Position numbers and translations under genes: made by a program
DNA from: Candidatus Methanophagales archaeon
GTDB lineage: Archaea; Halobacteriota; Syntropharchaeia; Alkanophagales; Methanospirareceae
NCBI GenBank assembly: GCA_014859735.1
Contig: JACUTR010000001.1
Location: forward strand, 1 to 59,395
Length of the DNA: 59,395 bases
Direction: 5' to 3'
Notes under the pieces: model-generated
What the model saw: only the letters and a program-made list of their open reading frames with translations
What the model was told of the DNA's origin: nothing
Databases searched by the model: none
Part shown: in pieces, positions 51,331 to 59,395 of the stretch
How the letters are laid out: each line of letters begins with the position of its first letter
Position numbering within the stretch: the first letter of the stretch is position 1

Positions 51331-52740
51331 CTACACCGCCTTTTTTAGTAACCCCGCTATATACCGCCGTACCCAGGAGAATGCCACTGATGCACCAATA
51401 ATATTCGCTAGAACCAACCCCCACCAGACTCCCACGAGCCCCCAATCAAAGATGAAAGCGAAGAGGGCTGCGAGCAATGAGGTGAGGATGATCGTCCGTA
51501 AAAGGGTAACGAGCAGCGCATTCATCCCTTTTCCCGTTCCTTGAAAGACCGAAGAAGAGAGCATACCAAACGGTATAGCAGGATAGAAGAGACAAATTAT
51601 CCTGAGAAAGAGTGTCAGATCAGGTGCTATGTGCGCCGCCGCCTCCGCTTGGGTAAACACCGCGGCTATCTGATGGGCGAAAATGAAGGTTGCTCCAGCT
51701 AATGCGGTCTCTATAACGAGGCCTATTTTTAGTGCATATAGATGGAGAACACTGATCTTCCCAAAGGAGCGTGCACCAAATGCAGCACCACTTACCGGGA
51801 CAACGGCGGTAGCGATACCCATTGTTGGCAGGACCGCCATACTCGCCACCCGCCATCCGGTAGAATAGACAGCGACTCCATCAGTCCCGCCTGCCATAAC
51901 GACGATGACCGTCAGTATCAACATGGTGATCGACATGGAGAGCTGCATCACTGAAGATGGTAGGCCAACGCCCAATATATCCTTAACTATCTCCTTATCG
52001 CCTCTGAAATCCCTGAAAGTGAATGAGACATAGGTATCTCTCTTAAAGAGCAGCCAGTTTACCATGACAAGGGAGGTGATGCCCAGGGATAATATGGTCG
52101 CCCATGCCGCACCTGCAATGCCCATACCGAGTGTGTAGATAAAAAGTGGGTCTAATATGATATTGAGACCGGCACCCAGAGCCATGGCATACATAGCTCG
52201 TCGGGCATCGCCCTCACCCCGCAAGATCGCAGTGCCAACATTCGTGAAGAATAAAAAAATACTGCCGGCAAAGATCACCTGGCCATACGCTACGGCCATA
52301 TCTACAATCTTACCCGCACCTATCACCAAGAAGAGGTCTTCCGAAAAAGCAACAAGTGGTAGGGTGTAAGCTATCGCAAGTAGTATCATAATAATGAGTG
52401 TATGAACCGCTACGTTGTCTGCGCCCATCTTATCTCGGGCACCAATTCTTCGAGATAATGCCGAGCCAGTTCCTACACCCAATCCATTGGAGAGTGCCAT
52501 TGCCAGAAAGAAGAAGGGAAAGACGAAACCAATGCCCGCAAGTGCATCAGCACCAAGACCAGAAACCCAAAACGCATCAACGAGATTATAGATTGTCTGC
52601 ATCGACATAGCCGCGATCATTGGTACGGAAAGTTCAATAATAGCCTTTTTGGGATCACCCAGCAAGGTCTTCACGCCTTGCGTTTCCCCCTTCGGAGTTA
52701 ACTCTGCAGACATGACTTCTTCAGTTCGGCTAGCAGGCAT
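51331..52740 (-). CDS. MATE-family efflux transporter
   Basis: 469 aa, about 12 TM segments, with a typical N-terminus ...IELSVPMIAAMSMQTIYNLVDAFWVSGLG. Confidence 0.88.
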   Translation of the reverse strand: MPASRTEEVMSAELTPKGETQGVKTLLGDPKKAIIELSVPMIAAMSMQTIYNLVDAFWVSGLGADALAGIGFVFPFFFLAMALSNGLGVGTGSALSRRIGARDKMGADNVAVHTLIIMILLAIAYTLPLVAFSEDLFLVIGAGKIVDMAVAYGQVIFAGSIFLFFTNVGTAILRGEGDARRAMYAMALGAGLNIILDPLFIYTLGMGIAGAAWATILSLGITSLVMVNWLLFKRDTYVSFTFRDFRGDKEIVKDILGVGLPSSVMQLSMSITMLILTVIVVMAGGTDGVAVYSTGWRVASMAVLPTMGIATAVVPVSGAAFGARSFGKISVLHLYALKIGLVIETALAGATFIFAHQIAAVFTQAEAAAHIAPDLTLFLRIICLFYPAIPFGMLSSSVFQGTGKGMNALLVTLLRTIILTSLLAALFAFIFDWGLVGVWWGLVLANIIGASVAFSWVRRYIAGLLKKAV

Positions 52741-52912
52741 GCACGTATCCTCCTGAGTACCTTTTTTTCAACCATTCTCTACATTCCTCTTTGGTATCGA
52801 ATAATATAGCAGGCAGGGGTGCTGGCGTTACTTATTCCTTTATACGCTTTCCCCTCAAATTTTAAGGTAATTAATAGTGCATTGCAAATCTCTCCTGCCT
52901 CTCTCGCCTTCT

Positions 52913-52946
52913 AAGCTTCTTCCAGAGCCGTCTTCGTGTTTCGGGT
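52913..52946. repeat. local motif, copy D (more diverged)
   Basis: aagcttcttccagagccgtcttcgtgtttcgggt. Confidence 0.6.
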
Positions 52947-53104
52947 CTGCTTATTACTAATTTACTCCTATAGCCACACGTCCACCTTTTAAGGAAGAAC
53001 TCTACCGAAAGCTTAGATGTCGAAAAAATTATGACAAAATCGAAAGATTTATTATAAAGGACATGTATCGTTATATGGGAGGCGAGTCAAATAAATGGTG
53101 GAAA

Positions 53105-53806
53105 TTAAATCAAATCAATAATCTCTTCCTTCACGTACTGTATGAATTCATCCTTCGTCGCCTTGCTGAAGATCGTTACCACGCCGTTTCTCGTTACGCC
53201 TACCACCGAGCCATACCGTTTCGACTTCAGCACGATGTACCATATCTTCCCGTGCTTCAAATGCTCCACATACATCGAGGTATCACCCAGAGCAGAGCCA
53301 TAAAGAGAGAGCTTCTTGATATTCGGGAGGTCAACATCGTCGAAGAAGATGATCTTTGTATCCTCGAAGTTATCCTCGTGGAAACGCTTGAATCGTTCGG
53401 GCTCGATCCTCACTTCTACTATCCTCCCGGTTGTTATGAAGAGAATCTTACTCAATTGATTTGCGAGATTATTTGCCCTCGCTTTCTTCTCCAGAATGGT
53501 GAGTACCGTCCGCCCTTTCTGCTCTCCTTTTGCTTGCGTGACAAAGAAGAAAGGCGCCTCAGACGTGGTCGGGATGTGTACGCGCTCACCATGGTGATAG
53601 ACATCCAGAAGTTGGTCCTGAATGAACGTGCCATACAGGGAATCACCGACTAAGCGTAAGTCCTTTATCTCGGTTATCAAACTGATGTCTTTGTCATTCT
53701 CTTTCAATCTCTCCTCAGATTTAACCCCTTTCAGCTTTGAGGCTATGGTATGCAAGTCAACATCAATATCCTCTCCAACCCGGAATATCTTCCCTGCTAA
53801 GACCAT
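53105..53806 (-). CDS. hypothetical protein
   Basis: 233-aa ORF with an ATG start and protein-like composition. Preferred over the overlapping + strand ORF 53063-53653. No family recognised. Confidence 0.5.
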   Translation of the reverse strand: MVLAGKIFRVGEDIDVDLHTIASKLKGVKSEERLKENDKDISLITEIKDLRLVGDSLYGTFIQDQLLDVYHHGERVHIPTTSEAPFFFVTQAKGEQKGRTVLTILEKKARANNLANQLSKILFITTGRIVEVRIEPERFKRFHEDNFEDTKIIFFDDVDLPNIKKLSLYGSALGDTSMYVEHLKHGKIWYIVLKSKRYGSVVGVTRNGVVTIFSKATKDEFIQYVKEEIIDLI

Positions 53807-53896
53807 TTTACGTTCTATACTATGATAGGGTGATGAGATTAAAATACCATTCGAGCTTTGGCTTATTTATAAATGGTGGAAATGTACTTCCGCTCT

Positions 53897-53975
53897 GTGG
53901 CCTCTGCCCATCACGGGCTCCGCCCGTGCCCCCGCAAGCCCAGGAGAGGCTTACCCGCAAGCCCTGTAAGGGCTT
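53897..53975. repeat. GC-rich modular palindromic repeat array
   Basis: gtggcctctgcccat, cacgggctccgcccgtg (identical to 414-430), cccccgcaa, ...cccgcaagccctgtaagggctt. The last bases overlap the moeA stop codon. Confidence 0.85.
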
Positions 53976-55218
53976 ACCATGAGTAATATTCGGTTACCGC
54001 GACCAGCTCTCCTTCTGCTACTCCTTCCTTATTCTCCGGGATTACGACAAAGCCGTCCGACTTGGTCATGCTGGATAAGATGCCCGAGCCGCTTACCCGT
54101 ATCGGCTCTGCAAAATACCCCTGCTCGGTGCGAAGCACCTTCACACGCACGAAATCGGTTCTCCCAACTGCCGAAGGGATTTTCTTGCTCGCCCGAGCAA
54201 AGATTTTCCTTTGCTCTTCTGTCACACCGTGCATCGCATACAAAAAGGGGCGAACGAGCAGTTCAAACGCAGCTATCGTCGCCACAGGATAACCGGGGAG
54301 AACGAATATCGGCTTGGTGTTGATGATGCCGAAACCGGTTGGTTCCCCGGGTCGAATCGCGACGCCATGGAATATAAGCTCCCCTAAATCCTCGACTGCA
54401 TCACCCAGGAAATCTCTGGTACCTACCGAACTCCCACCACTCACTAATAACCCCTCACACCCTCGTTCTAACGACGAACGGAGTGCGTCCTTTATCTCGT
54501 CGTAATTGTCACGTACTATGCCGATTCTATACGGATTTGCGATCTTTTGCGTTAATGCTGCAAGGGTATAACTATTCGAATCTGCGATCTTCTGTTTCCT
54601 TTGCCACTGGTCGTGCTCGGCCGACTGCAACGCAGGGTCTATCAGCTCGTCGCCCGTGGCGATTATGCCGAGCTTTGCCCTCTTATACACCCTTATCGTT
54701 CTTGTAAAAAGAGATGCGAGCATGCCGAGATCATGAGCTCGCAGTATCTTCCCGGCCTTTAAGATCGCTTCGCCCTTCTTCACATCCTCACCCTGAAAAG
54801 AGACGTTTTTACCCGGTGTAACGGGCTTGAAAATCTCCACGGTATCGCCTCTTTCCCTCGTATATTCGAGCATAACAACCGCGTTGCTGCCTTGTGGCAG
54901 CGGCATCCCGGTTGCTATCGGCACGCAATCACCCTCCGCAAGTTCTGCGCGGTTTTCTTCTCCTCCCCCACTCTTCTTTCTCTTCAAAAGCACGGGATTT
55001 TGCGGAGATGCGCCAAAAGAGTCCTCGCCTCGAATCGCATACCCATCCATCGCAGCCCGGTCAAAAGGGGGGCTGTCGATGGGCGAAAGAATATCTTCTG
55101 CTAAAACCCTGGTCAATGCATCCTCAAATCGGATTTCCTCGAGTTCTGTCCTCTCTGCATGCGGTAACACCGTCTTTAATGCCTCTTCCCATGAGATAAG
55201 CGTACGAAAAAGCTTCAT
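53974..55218 (-). CDS. moeA: molybdopterin molybdenumtransferase
   Basis: 414 aa with PPFDRAAMDGYA, GGSSVGTRDF and LPGYPVA motifs. Confidence 0.9.
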   Translation of the reverse strand: MKLFRTLISWEEALKTVLPHAERTELEEIRFEDALTRVLAEDILSPIDSPPFDRAAMDGYAIRGEDSFGASPQNPVLLKRKKSGGGEENRAELAEGDCVPIATGMPLPQGSNAVVMLEYTRERGDTVEIFKPVTPGKNVSFQGEDVKKGEAILKAGKILRAHDLGMLASLFTRTIRVYKRAKLGIIATGDELIDPALQSAEHDQWQRKQKIADSNSYTLAALTQKIANPYRIGIVRDNYDEIKDALRSSLERGCEGLLVSGGSSVGTRDFLGDAVEDLGELIFHGVAIRPGEPTGFGIINTKPIFVLPGYPVATIAAFELLVRPFLYAMHGVTEEQRKIFARASKKIPSAVGRTDFVRVKVLRTEQGYFAEPIRVSGSGILSSMTKSDGFVVIPENKEGVAEGELVAVTEYYSW

Positions 55219-55221
55219 TTT

Positions 55222-55737
55222 TTATTCACCTTCCTCCAATCTATTCCTCCCTCGCAAATACACCGTTGTTATGCCCGCTTGTGACAATTTCGTCCTCAAG
55301 TTCTCATCGTTGGTAAGAACCGCCGCCTTTCTCTTCAACGCTAATGCGGTAATTATCTCGTCAGTGTCCTTCTCTTCTTCCTCACCCGCTGCTTCCTCTA
55401 TTGAGATCCTGGATCGTATCGTCACGCGTTCATCGCGCTGCGCGGCAGCAGGTGTATACCGTTGTAGTAACGAATAACCCACATTTGCCGCTCTTTTCTC
55501 TTTACCCTTCAAGCCCGGTCTTTTTCTGAGCTTATCCAGCTCCTTCAAGACCACCCTCGGCACGATTATATGCAGATATCCCAGTCTCTCCAGCTCGTCA
55601 AAGATATCAACGCCAAATTCACCGGGTATAAGTAGTGCATTGGTGTCCACTATCACCTCCTTTCTTAACGCATTTCCTTTACCCGTTCCTGATTTAGTTC
55701 CGCGTATCTCTTCTTTAACCATGTGACCATTCATCAT
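55222..55737 (-). CDS. PIN-domain protein (Fcf1/Utp24-like, COG1412-type) with internal insert
   Basis: VIVDTNALLIP...VPRVVLKELDKL...LTNDENLRTKL fits a PIN nuclease. It has an insert of about 50 aa with an acidic stretch, and ends 3 nt upstream of the moeA ATG. Confidence 0.6.
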   Translation of the reverse strand: MMNGHMVKEEIRGTKSGTGKGNALRKEVIVDTNALLIPGEFGVDIFDELERLGYLHIIVPRVVLKELDKLRKRPGLKGKEKRAANVGYSLLQRYTPAAAQRDERVTIRSRISIEEAAGEEEEKDTDEIITALALKRKAAVLTNDENLRTKLSQAGITTVYLRGRNRLEEGE

Positions 55738-55749
55738 CGCGTGCTAACA

Positions 55750-55832
55750 GTGCAAAATGAAGATTGAAGAGTGCAAATTGCAAAGTCATTTTCTATTTTG
55801 CATTTTTCAATTTGCATTCTGCATTTTGCATT
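55750..55832. repeat. inverted arrays of TGCAAA / TTTGCA heptamer-spaced motifs
   Basis: tgcaa occurs at 55751, 55772 and 55779. The complement-orientation tgcat/tttgca occurs at 55799, 55813, 55820 and 55827. Located in the spacer between the mutL stop and the PIN start. Confidence 0.7.
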
Positions 55833-55855
55833 GAACCATTGCGCTTAACATCTTA

Positions 55856-57586
55856 TTACCGCCTCTTAAACCGCTTCTCTATCTCCTCCTTACTCAACCG
55901 TATCATCGTCGGTCTCCCATGCGGGCACGTATAGGGTATCTTTGTGCTCTTCAACTGTGCCACGAGCTCGCGCATATACTCATAAGACAGCTTCTCTCCA
56001 GCCTTTATACTCGCTTTGCACGCCGCGGTGCTGAACAATACCTTTATCCGCTCCTCTTTTTTTCCACTCTCCTCCACCAACCGCATTATTACGTCGGTTA
56101 GCTCATCTTCCCCCAACATACCATGAAAAACGACTGGTATCGCCCGTATAACATAACTATCATCGCCAAGCCGCTCTATATCAAATCCCATCTCTCTGAG
56201 CACCTTCTCGTTCTCCCTCAGGACATAGAGTTGATGTGGACTGAGTTCAGGCATGTGTGGTCTTAAAAGCGTTTGTTTATCTATTCGCCCCCCATATTTC
56301 CCCATCAACCGCTCAAAATTTATTCGTTCAGCCGCAGCGTGCTGGTCTATCACGATCACATCCTCCTCCTCACTCAGTGCTATGATATAACTATCGAGGA
56401 CCTGGTAGAGAGGAGCAGACCGTATGGTTAAACTGCCTTCTCCCTTCTCTTTGACCTCTTCTTCCTTTAGCTCTTCTTGAAAGGAAGTTTGAACACTTAT
56501 AGCTGCTTTCTTCTCTCTCGGGAGGCCTAAGAAGTCAACAGCAGCGGCTATCCCTTTTTCACGGTGGACGACCACCTCAGGGATTAAATCTGCATGGCGT
56601 AACGCCGTGAAGACGGCGTTAGCGATGAGTTGAAAGATGTCGTCAGCGTCGTAAAAGCGTATTTCATGCTTCTTTGGATGGATATTCACGTTTATTTCGC
56701 TCGGGTCAATGGAAAGAGCAATAACCGCGAAAGGGTAGGCATGCTTTGGTAACAAAGACGAATAACCTCGCTTTATCGCTTTCTCCATAACCTCACTCCT
56801 CACAAACCTTCTGTTCACATACGTGAAGAGGTGTTTTTTGGTGCCGTACGATACCGAGGGTCTGGAGATATAGCCACTGATCGTGGCATGAGGAGGGGGA
56901 GCATTCTGCGCTTTCAGTTCGATAAGCTCTTTCGCAACGCTACTTCCATACGCATTGACAATGGCATCCAACATTTTTCCACGGCCTACCGTGCTTATTA
57001 TAGGGGTTTCCTCGTGAATGAGCTCGAATTTTATCTCCGGATAGATTACCGCATAATGTATACACACCTCCACAATGTGCCGTAGTTCAGTGGCTTTCGA
57101 TTTTATGGTGCCTATCCTCGCGGGGAGGTTGTAAAACAGGCTTTTTACTTCTATCGTGGTGCCGACCACCCGGGTTATCCTTCTCCGTTCTTTGAGCACT
57201 CCTCCCTCGATCTTCAGATGCGTGCCAAAATCTTCGCGCTCATGCCTTGTGCTCATCGCTATTCGTGACACCGCGGCAATGCTCGGTAATGCTTCACCAC
57301 GGAATCCAAGCGTTTGTAGGACTGCCAGGTCCTCTATTCCCCTTATTTTACTGGTTGCGTGCTTCTCAAATGCACGCTCTGCATCATCATCGCTTATACC
57401 ACTTCCGTCATCCGTTATCCTAATATAATCCCGCCCACCATTACCAACCTCGACAACCACATGGCGGCTTCCTGCATCTATCGAATTCTCTATCAATTCC
57501 TTAACCACCGATGCAGGTCTGTCGATGACCTCTCCAGCGGCAATCTTTCCTATTGTCTGCTCTTCTAAGACGAATATCTGCCTCAT
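55856..57586 (-). CDS. mutL: DNA mismatch repair protein MutL
   Basis: 576 aa with GHKL ATPase motifs (IAAGEVIDRPASVVKELIENSIDAG, DDGSGI and LGFRGEAL). Confidence 0.93.
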   Translation of the reverse strand: MRQIFVLEEQTIGKIAAGEVIDRPASVVKELIENSIDAGSRHVVVEVGNGGRDYIRITDDGSGISDDDAERAFEKHATSKIRGIEDLAVLQTLGFRGEALPSIAAVSRIAMSTRHEREDFGTHLKIEGGVLKERRRITRVVGTTIEVKSLFYNLPARIGTIKSKATELRHIVEVCIHYAVIYPEIKFELIHEETPIISTVGRGKMLDAIVNAYGSSVAKELIELKAQNAPPPHATISGYISRPSVSYGTKKHLFTYVNRRFVRSEVMEKAIKRGYSSLLPKHAYPFAVIALSIDPSEINVNIHPKKHEIRFYDADDIFQLIANAVFTALRHADLIPEVVVHREKGIAAAVDFLGLPREKKAAISVQTSFQEELKEEEVKEKGEGSLTIRSAPLYQVLDSYIIALSEEEDVIVIDQHAAAERINFERLMGKYGGRIDKQTLLRPHMPELSPHQLYVLRENEKVLREMGFDIERLGDDSYVIRAIPVVFHGMLGEDELTDVIMRLVEESGKKEERIKVLFSTAACKASIKAGEKLSYEYMRELVAQLKSTKIPYTCPHGRPTMIRLSKEEIEKRFKRR

Positions 57587-57627
57587 AAAGCTTTACTTTC
57601 ATAAAAGAACCTGTGCTAACTTAAAAG
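57587..57627. repeat. AT-rich palindromic repeat, type B (copy 3)
   Basis: aaagctttactttcataaaagaacctgtgctaacttaaaag. It spans the 12-nt mutL / 57599-gene junction and the last 9 codons plus the stop of the latter. Confidence 0.65.
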
Positions 57628-58630
57628 GGTCAGTGGAAATAACCGACGCGGCATACAGTTCCAAAGCACCGATATCCGAGTTCCTATCCTCCAAAGAACC
57701 TCGATCCAGAAGCCTGACAATATGATACGCTCCCAGCGGAAAGATAGCAAGATTGAACGATTGCACACCCATTTGTAAATAAGAGCTCAATAATGTAGAA
57801 ATGGTGTCTGCCATTTCATCGCTCTTCGTCGCTCGACTGATGACAAAAATCTCTTTCTCTTTTATCGGCGTCAAATAAACTAAAATTCGTTCTCCTTTAT
57901 TCTCACTCGCAAGCCCTAAACTCTTATGAACCCGGTATAAATCATCAAAATACGATGCATTAAATGCTCTTTGATACTCTGCGGCGACTTTTTCTAACAC
58001 TTCCAATTTCCCATACCGCTCCTCAGTAGCGGTTACTTGCATATGACCATGGATAATCGAAGCAGCACTTCTCCAGAGACAATTCCATAAGAAGAACTTG
58101 TGCAACGTTCCTCCCCGGGACCCAGAGGCCTCCTCAAACCAGTGCTCTGCGGTCCTTAAATAGTCCGCTATCCCTTCCCTTTGTATCTCTAGCGGATTAT
58201 GTTCAGTGAAGATGATTAAGCTATGGTAAGAAGCATACTTGGCTATGTTGCCCGCCGTAATAGAATAATCCCCTTTTATCCTGCCAAACGTATCTGCAGG
58301 GGTGTGCGTTTCGGGGTTACAAAAGGTACAATTCTTCCTCTCTTTAAGCTCTGCTAATTCAATCACCGATTTCGATTCGATAGGTCTATCAAGCCTTAAC
58401 TCGTTAAACAAGCTCTGCTCTCCCGTAAATTTGTTCTTGACGGATACTATTCGCTGATGTTCGACTCGCTCAAGAGAGCCAAACCGCCCTTTCACCCACT
58501 CTTCCATCTCCTTGGGAATCGCCAGGCTGCTCGTGGAGATGTCAAACGAATAAAAGCGGGTAAACAACTCTCTGCTCTCTTCTGCGAGCTGGTTAACCAT
58601 TTTGTCAAGCTCAGTTATTTTTGCGATCAT
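57599..58630 (-). CDS. HIT-superfamily, GalT-branch nucleotidyltransferase/phosphorylase-like protein
   Basis: About 343 aa with a Cys motif CTFCNPE and the His motif IIHGHMQ (HxHxQ, as in galactose-1-P uridylyltransferase or ADP-glucose phosphorylase). Start is either ATG 58630 or TTG 58642. Confidence 0.55.
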   Translation of the reverse strand: MIAKITELDKMVNQLAEESRELFTRFYSFDISTSSLAIPKEMEEWVKGRFGSLERVEHQRIVSVKNKFTGEQSLFNELRLDRPIESKSVIELAELKERKNCTFCNPETHTPADTFGRIKGDYSITAGNIAKYASYHSLIIFTEHNPLEIQREGIADYLRTAEHWFEEASGSRGGTLHKFFLWNCLWRSAASIIHGHMQVTATEERYGKLEVLEKVAAEYQRAFNASYFDDLYRVHKSLGLASENKGERILVYLTPIKEKEIFVISRATKSDEMADTISTLLSSYLQMGVQSFNLAIFPLGAYHIVRLLDRGSLEDRNSDIGALELYAASVISTDPFKLAQVLL

Positions 58631-58697
58631 CTCTTTAAGCAACGAAATATTATTAAATTTCCCAATTAGATTATATTATATAATTAAAAGGGGTACC

Positions 58698-59395
58698 ATG
58701 AGAATTGGATTTTTCGTGTGGGAATATCCGCCGAGGATTGTTGGTGGCTTGGGAACGTATGCAGAGAATATATGCCCTGAAATGGTGAAGCTGGGGCATG
58801 ACGTCTCGGTATTTACCCTGAACGATGGGACGTTAAAGACAAGGGAGACGTTGAAAGGCATTGATGTTAACAGACCGATGCTTGTGGAAGGGGGCAGCAT
58901 ACTACCGCTCTGCATGACCGAAGACCTGAGAAGATGGGGTACCGGAATAAAATTCTTCAACGATGTGCTTATCTACAACATCCTCAGTGCGACTAAATTT
59001 GTTAACGAACTGGTAAGAAAAGAGGGATATACCTTTGATATAATCTGCGCACATGACTGGCTGAGTGCGATGGCGGGGATAATGGCAAAGCGGGAGACGG
59101 GTCTACCCTTCGTCTTCCATATCCATTCGACCGAATGGGGTCGTGCACTCAATGGTGGCTCAGAGACGGTTATGCATATTGAAAAGACCTCAGGTGAGGT
59201 AGCTGACGGGATCATAACGGTAAGCTATCCGATGCAAGAAGACCTTATAAGGCACGGCTTCGACCCCGATAAAGTAAAAGTCTGCTGGAATGGCATTAAC
59301 GTGGAAAAATATAATCCCAACAAGCTCTCAAAAGAGGATCGTGCGGGCTTGAGGAGCAGATATGGGATTAGTTCAGAAGAACGGATGATACTCTT
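58698..59395 (+). CDS. GT-B glycosyltransferase, glycogen-synthase-like (3' end outside window)
   Basis: Open frame from ATG 58698 to the window end, not in the track because it has no stop. MRIGFFVWEYPPRIVGGLGTYAE...HDW...FHIHSTEWGR is typical of archaeal GT4/GT5 glycogen synthase-like enzymes. Confidence 0.75.
   Translation, partial: MRIGFFVWEYPPRIVGGLGTYAENICPEMVKLGHDVSVFTLNDGTLKTRETLKGIDVNRPMLVEGGSILPLCMTEDLRRWGTGIKFFNDVLIYNILSATKFVNELVRKEGYTFDIICAHDWLSAMAGIMAKRETGLPFVFHIHSTEWGRALNGGSETVMHIEKTSGEVADGIITVSYPMQEDLIRHGFDPDKVKVCWNGINVEKYNPNKLSKEDRAGLRSRYGISSEERMIL

Noticed and set aside
52225-52234. ccccgcaag inside the MATE transporter CDS (and ccccgcagg in the M20 gene near 1575) as possible further in-CDS repeat modules.
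   Set aside because: Only a 9-10 nt linker-like string matches, with no flanking palindromic module, and the encoded residues fit the surrounding protein. This is likely chance.
53063-53653. A 196-aa + strand ORF overlapping the 53105-53806 gene.
   Set aside because: The minus-strand frame is longer, starts at ATG and has more protein-like composition. The + frame is rich in Leu/Arg/Cys, typical of an antisense shadow. Neither has a recognised family, so the choice has moderate confidence.
58676-59215. Two minus-strand ORFs (94 and 80 aa).
   Set aside because: They are antisense to an open + strand frame (58698 to the window end) whose product has clear glycosyltransferase motifs. The + frame is missing from the track only because it has no stop within the window.

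Overview
This 59.4-kb window is a chromosomal segment from a methane-metabolising euryarchaeon. The 16S rRNA (26636-28122) contains an exact 18-nt match to what I remember as the ANME-1-350 probe target. With mch and hdrCB present, I read it as an ANME-1 (Methanophagales)-like genome; no search was run. The content is almost entirely housekeeping:
- C1 and energy metabolism: mch, hdrC-hdrB.
- Translation: tuf-rps10, and rpl44e-rps27e-aIF2alpha-nop10-PAC2. rps27e (59 aa) is missing from the ORF track.
- Replication and repair: priS-GINS, dnaG, gyrA, mutL, nrdH-nrdD.
- Chaperones: dnaK-dnaJ.
- RNA genes: a 16S-tRNAAla-23S-tRNACys operon with no 5S, plus tRNA-Val.
- Other metabolism and modification: argJ, gpmI, malic enzyme, fumarase beta subunit, ribB plus an HTH-fused riboflavin kinase, fni, moeA, truD, and a MiaB-like methylthiotransferase.

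I saw no CRISPR array, cas gene, integrase, transposase or recognisable defence or toxin gene. The unusual signals are mostly non-genic:
1. A family of modular, perfectly palindromic GC-rich repeats. One 80-nt copy (38710-38789) and one chimeric copy (49288-49331) lie in frame inside the methylthiotransferase and truD coding regions. Other copies supply the stop codons of ndk and moeA.
2. Several AT-rich palindromic repeat families (cttTCTTT...AAAGAaag type) dispersed in spacers. They also occupy the position after 23S where a 5S would be expected.
3. A roughly 34-nt motif present four times in one orientation around three consecutive minus-strand genes (cupin, UPF0316, MATE).
4. A low-GC, roughly 1.8-kb cassette of three translationally coupled unknown genes (5352-6679). 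It sits beside a 26-bp tandem duplication and a TAG stop followed by a 66-codon open in-frame extension.
5. A (CTTTC)8-9 microsatellite 4 nt upstream of a start codon.

All family calls are recognition from memory of motifs, and boundaries of RNA genes and repeats are hand-derived. The in-frame repeat insertions are the strongest candidate for something undescribed. I could not identify a protein-based novel system with confidence.
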